DNA of 62,398 nt, the filler included, from Globobulimina sp. (lineage: Eukaryota), in the NCBI GenBank assembly GCA_003354225.1. It is 28 parts of 28 records of this genome, joined end to end, with 100 filler letters (N's around TTAATTAATTAA, not from the genome) between each part and the next. Parts side by side here need not be neighbours in the genome. Positions count along the whole stretch, not along the records: positions 60,269 to 62,398 come from PIVH01008761.1; 27 more parts are not named here. The stretch is one strand, 5' to 3'. Below are positions 60,169 through 62,398 of this stretch, piece by piece. The stretch's first letter is position 1. Every line of letters starts with the position of its first letter. The position numbers and the translations under genes are program-made. The notes beneath the pieces were generated by a model that ran no database searches, was not told the DNA's origin, and saw only the letters and a program-made list of their open reading frames with translations.

Positions 60169-60336
60169 NNNNNNNNNNNNNNNNNNNNNNNNNNNNNNNN
60201 NNNNNNNNNNNNTTAATTAATTAANNNNNNNNNNNNNNNNNNNNNNNNNNNNNNNNNNNNNNNNNNNNACAAAAGTATACAAGTAATGAATTAGTAATAT
60301 ACAAAAGAATTATATAATAATATAATAAAAGTAAAG

Positions 60337-61603
60337 TTAATTTAATTTGCCGTCTAAATCCGCCACTTCCATTAACCTCGCAACCACAGAAAACCAATAT
60401 GCAATCTCACCGGTTTGGTCAATTACTTGTGCCTCACCATACACCGTAGGTTTGCCCGTTTTATCCTTTTCAAATTGCCAATTTTTAACTTCACCGGTCT
60501 CAATTTGTCCGACATTCATAATATGCGATGCAATGTCTCTCGACAAGTCCCAATATTCTTTTTTACCGGTTATTGAGCCGACCATTGCCGCGCCCCACAT
60601 CACTTTATGAGATACAATATTATTCCGAACATCCTCATTACATCGCATTACAAATCCCAATATTTTCTCTGCGGCATCCAAATATGTCCTATCCTCTGTT
60701 TTCAAAGTACATTATAACTATTATACGTATACGCAATGCGAGTACATACCAACACCAATACAAACCTGTATATTTATATAGATTCGCTAAATACGCAATG
60801 GGATATCCCAAACTCCACCAACACTGAAATGGTTCATCTCCTTTACAAATGGCAGCATTTTTAACCCCGCGGGCTCCCTCCGGATAACCTTTAATTAATT
60901 CAAAATCATCCGTAAATCTCATATAAAATCTTAATTTCTTGCCAGTTTTGGCAATATCAGGCTGGGCATCAACCATTTTGACAATCGTATCGCCCACAGC
61001 TAATGCTTTCCGCTTATCGCCCATAAATAAATATGTATTGCCGAGATGCGCTGAATTGAATATACAATGTTCATTCGGACCATCGGGATTCTCATTTAAC
61101 GGATCTTGCACAACTTGTGCTTGTGTTGCTGGATTATACCAATATTTATCAACATAATTATATGCTTTTTCTACAAAATCAAATCTGCCCAACCGAACAC
61201 CACATGTTATCCACCATTGATTTAAATATGGATAAAAATCCGCAAACTCCCAATGTAAGGTTTTAGTGACTGGGTCAAATGAGGTACATTTGTTATCATT
61301 CATAAAATCACCAATTGGAGTTAAGAAAGTATTTTTGCAATATTCTAACATACGATCAGCTTCATCCACGCGGCCAGATAATAATAAGCCTAATGGCAAT
61401 TTGCAATAATAACACGAATCTTCATAGCCTTTCATCTGACCACTGGGGAGTTGTTGCGCTACATAAAAATCTAACATTCTATCACGTGAAGCTCTTAATG
61501 TTTCTGGTGTTACTTGTATTTTTTGCAGCTGTGCTTGTGATGCAAATGATCGATTCCAGCATGGAAGTGCACTTTTGCTGTAAATTGATAAGCGTTGTAA
61601 CAT
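60337..61603 (-). CDS. Uncharacterised protein with a mitochondrial-type presequence and probable (alpha/alpha) barrel fold, 2 exons
   Basis: ATG 61603, MLQRLSIYSKSALPCWNRSFAS (R-x-F/A-S cleavage-like site). Intron 60696-60765 splices in frame (YT-E-DRTYL). L..LYKYTED..YL.AA and Q..SG/Q..TG motifs. Confidence 0.75.
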
Positions 61604-61782
61604 TGTTTGCGTTTTAATATTATTACGCAAACTGGGGAAGGAAAGGATCGAATCAAAGGATGCTAAAATAAAATGTTAAAAGAGTTGGTTGTAGTAAAAA
61701 TCTTTTGTTTCTTTCAACGTCTTCTCATTCTCCCTTCAACATACTCAACAACAAAGATAATAAAATAATAAAGTACGCGTAA

Positions 61783-62398
61783 ATGTTGGGTTTAATTTCA
61801 ATTCAATGCATGATCATATGCTTATATTTATCATTACAATATATTTCTGCTGCAGGTGACGATTCAGATACAATTGGATATGCTGGGATGGTATCATCAA
61901 CGCATTATCTCGCATCGGAAGCAGGACGAAAAGTATTATTAATGGGGGGTAAAGCTGCTGATGCTGCAGTTGCTGTACAAATGGTATTGAATGTAGTTGA
62001 GGTAAAGTAAAATTTATATTTCTATCAGAGAATGAAACAACAACTCTGCGTAAGATAACAACAACTCTGCGTAATTTTTATTTTTATTTTTACGGAAGAT
62101 AACAACAACACTGTAACAAAAACATCACAAATATATTATAAAAAAAGCCAACATCATCAGGTATTGGTGGTGGTGCATTTATAATGTATTACGACTCTGA
62201 AACTGATAGTGTTGTAGCGATTGACGGCAGAGAGGAAGCACCGAATGCATTTAATCCCTATGTCTTTTGCGCCAATATAGCATGTTATGATAGCTATAAT
62301 AATAACAGCGTATTACCATCAGAATGTAGAGATTGTGATGTTATTCCATGGCCAGAACGAGCTGTCGGAGGATTGAGTGTCGGTGTTCCAGGCACCTT
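61783..62398 (+). CDS. ggt: Gamma-glutamyltranspeptidase with signal peptide, 3' partial
   Basis: GMVSS.H.LASEAG..VL..GG.AADAAVA; intron 62002-62147; then EPTSSGIGGGAF, IDGREEAP, SVGVPGT. Confidence 0.95.

Noticed and set aside
2135-60268. Regularly spaced TTAATTAATTAA as a CRISPR-like or biological repeat
   Set aside because: Always flanked by exactly 44 N on each side; it is a synthetic six-frame-stop linker.
7513-61617. Many short antisense or overlapping ORFs in the track (e.g. 7513-7962, 27932-28297, 46423-46831, 58138-60224 plus strand)
   Set aside because: They are shadows of well-supported genes on the other strand or frame, or they run into linker Ns.
1-62398. Alternative genetic code (stop reassignment)
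   Set aside because: Conserved genes are open in the standard code and end at ordinary stops; interruptions resolve as introns.

Overview
This window is not one locus. It is 28 unrelated contigs of 2130-2134 bp, sorted by decreasing length and joined by an artificial 100-bp linker (44 N + TTAATTAATTAA + 44 N), so no gene neighbourhood can be read across linkers. Most contigs are AT-rich, gene-dense eukaryotic DNA in the standard genetic code with short GT-AG introns (about 54-160 nt). Gene content (PT-repeat/REJ surface proteins, ADP-ribosyltransferase-like proteins, Cys-rich orphans, MYND and TPR proteins) suggests a rhizarian protist, probably a foraminiferan; this is inference only. Abrupt composition switches inside several contigs suggest chimeras from whole-genome amplification. 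Recognisable genes: APC polyamine transporter, Rac GTPase, CE6/SASA esterase, CDGSH Fe-S protein, FYVE-lipase, PSAT homologue, SLC38 transporter, inositol 5-phosphatase, bZIP, NF-YC, XK-related protein, SHMT, sulfotransferase, 2OG-Fe(II) oxygenase, RRP12 and GGT. The most notable items are: (1) ART-like proteins with a non-canonical first catalytic residue, one with an FN3-FN3-ART-SAM-SAM architecture, which may be a lineage-expanded signalling or defence family; (2) an uninterrupted PSAT homologue lacking the PLP-binding lysine; (3) a tRNA-like dispersed repeat on two contigs; (4) a phage terminase fragment joined to host DNA; (5) a MITE-like element; (6) a membrane protein with an apparently lumenal ubiquitin-like domain. 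All family calls come from reading motifs by eye; no searches were run.
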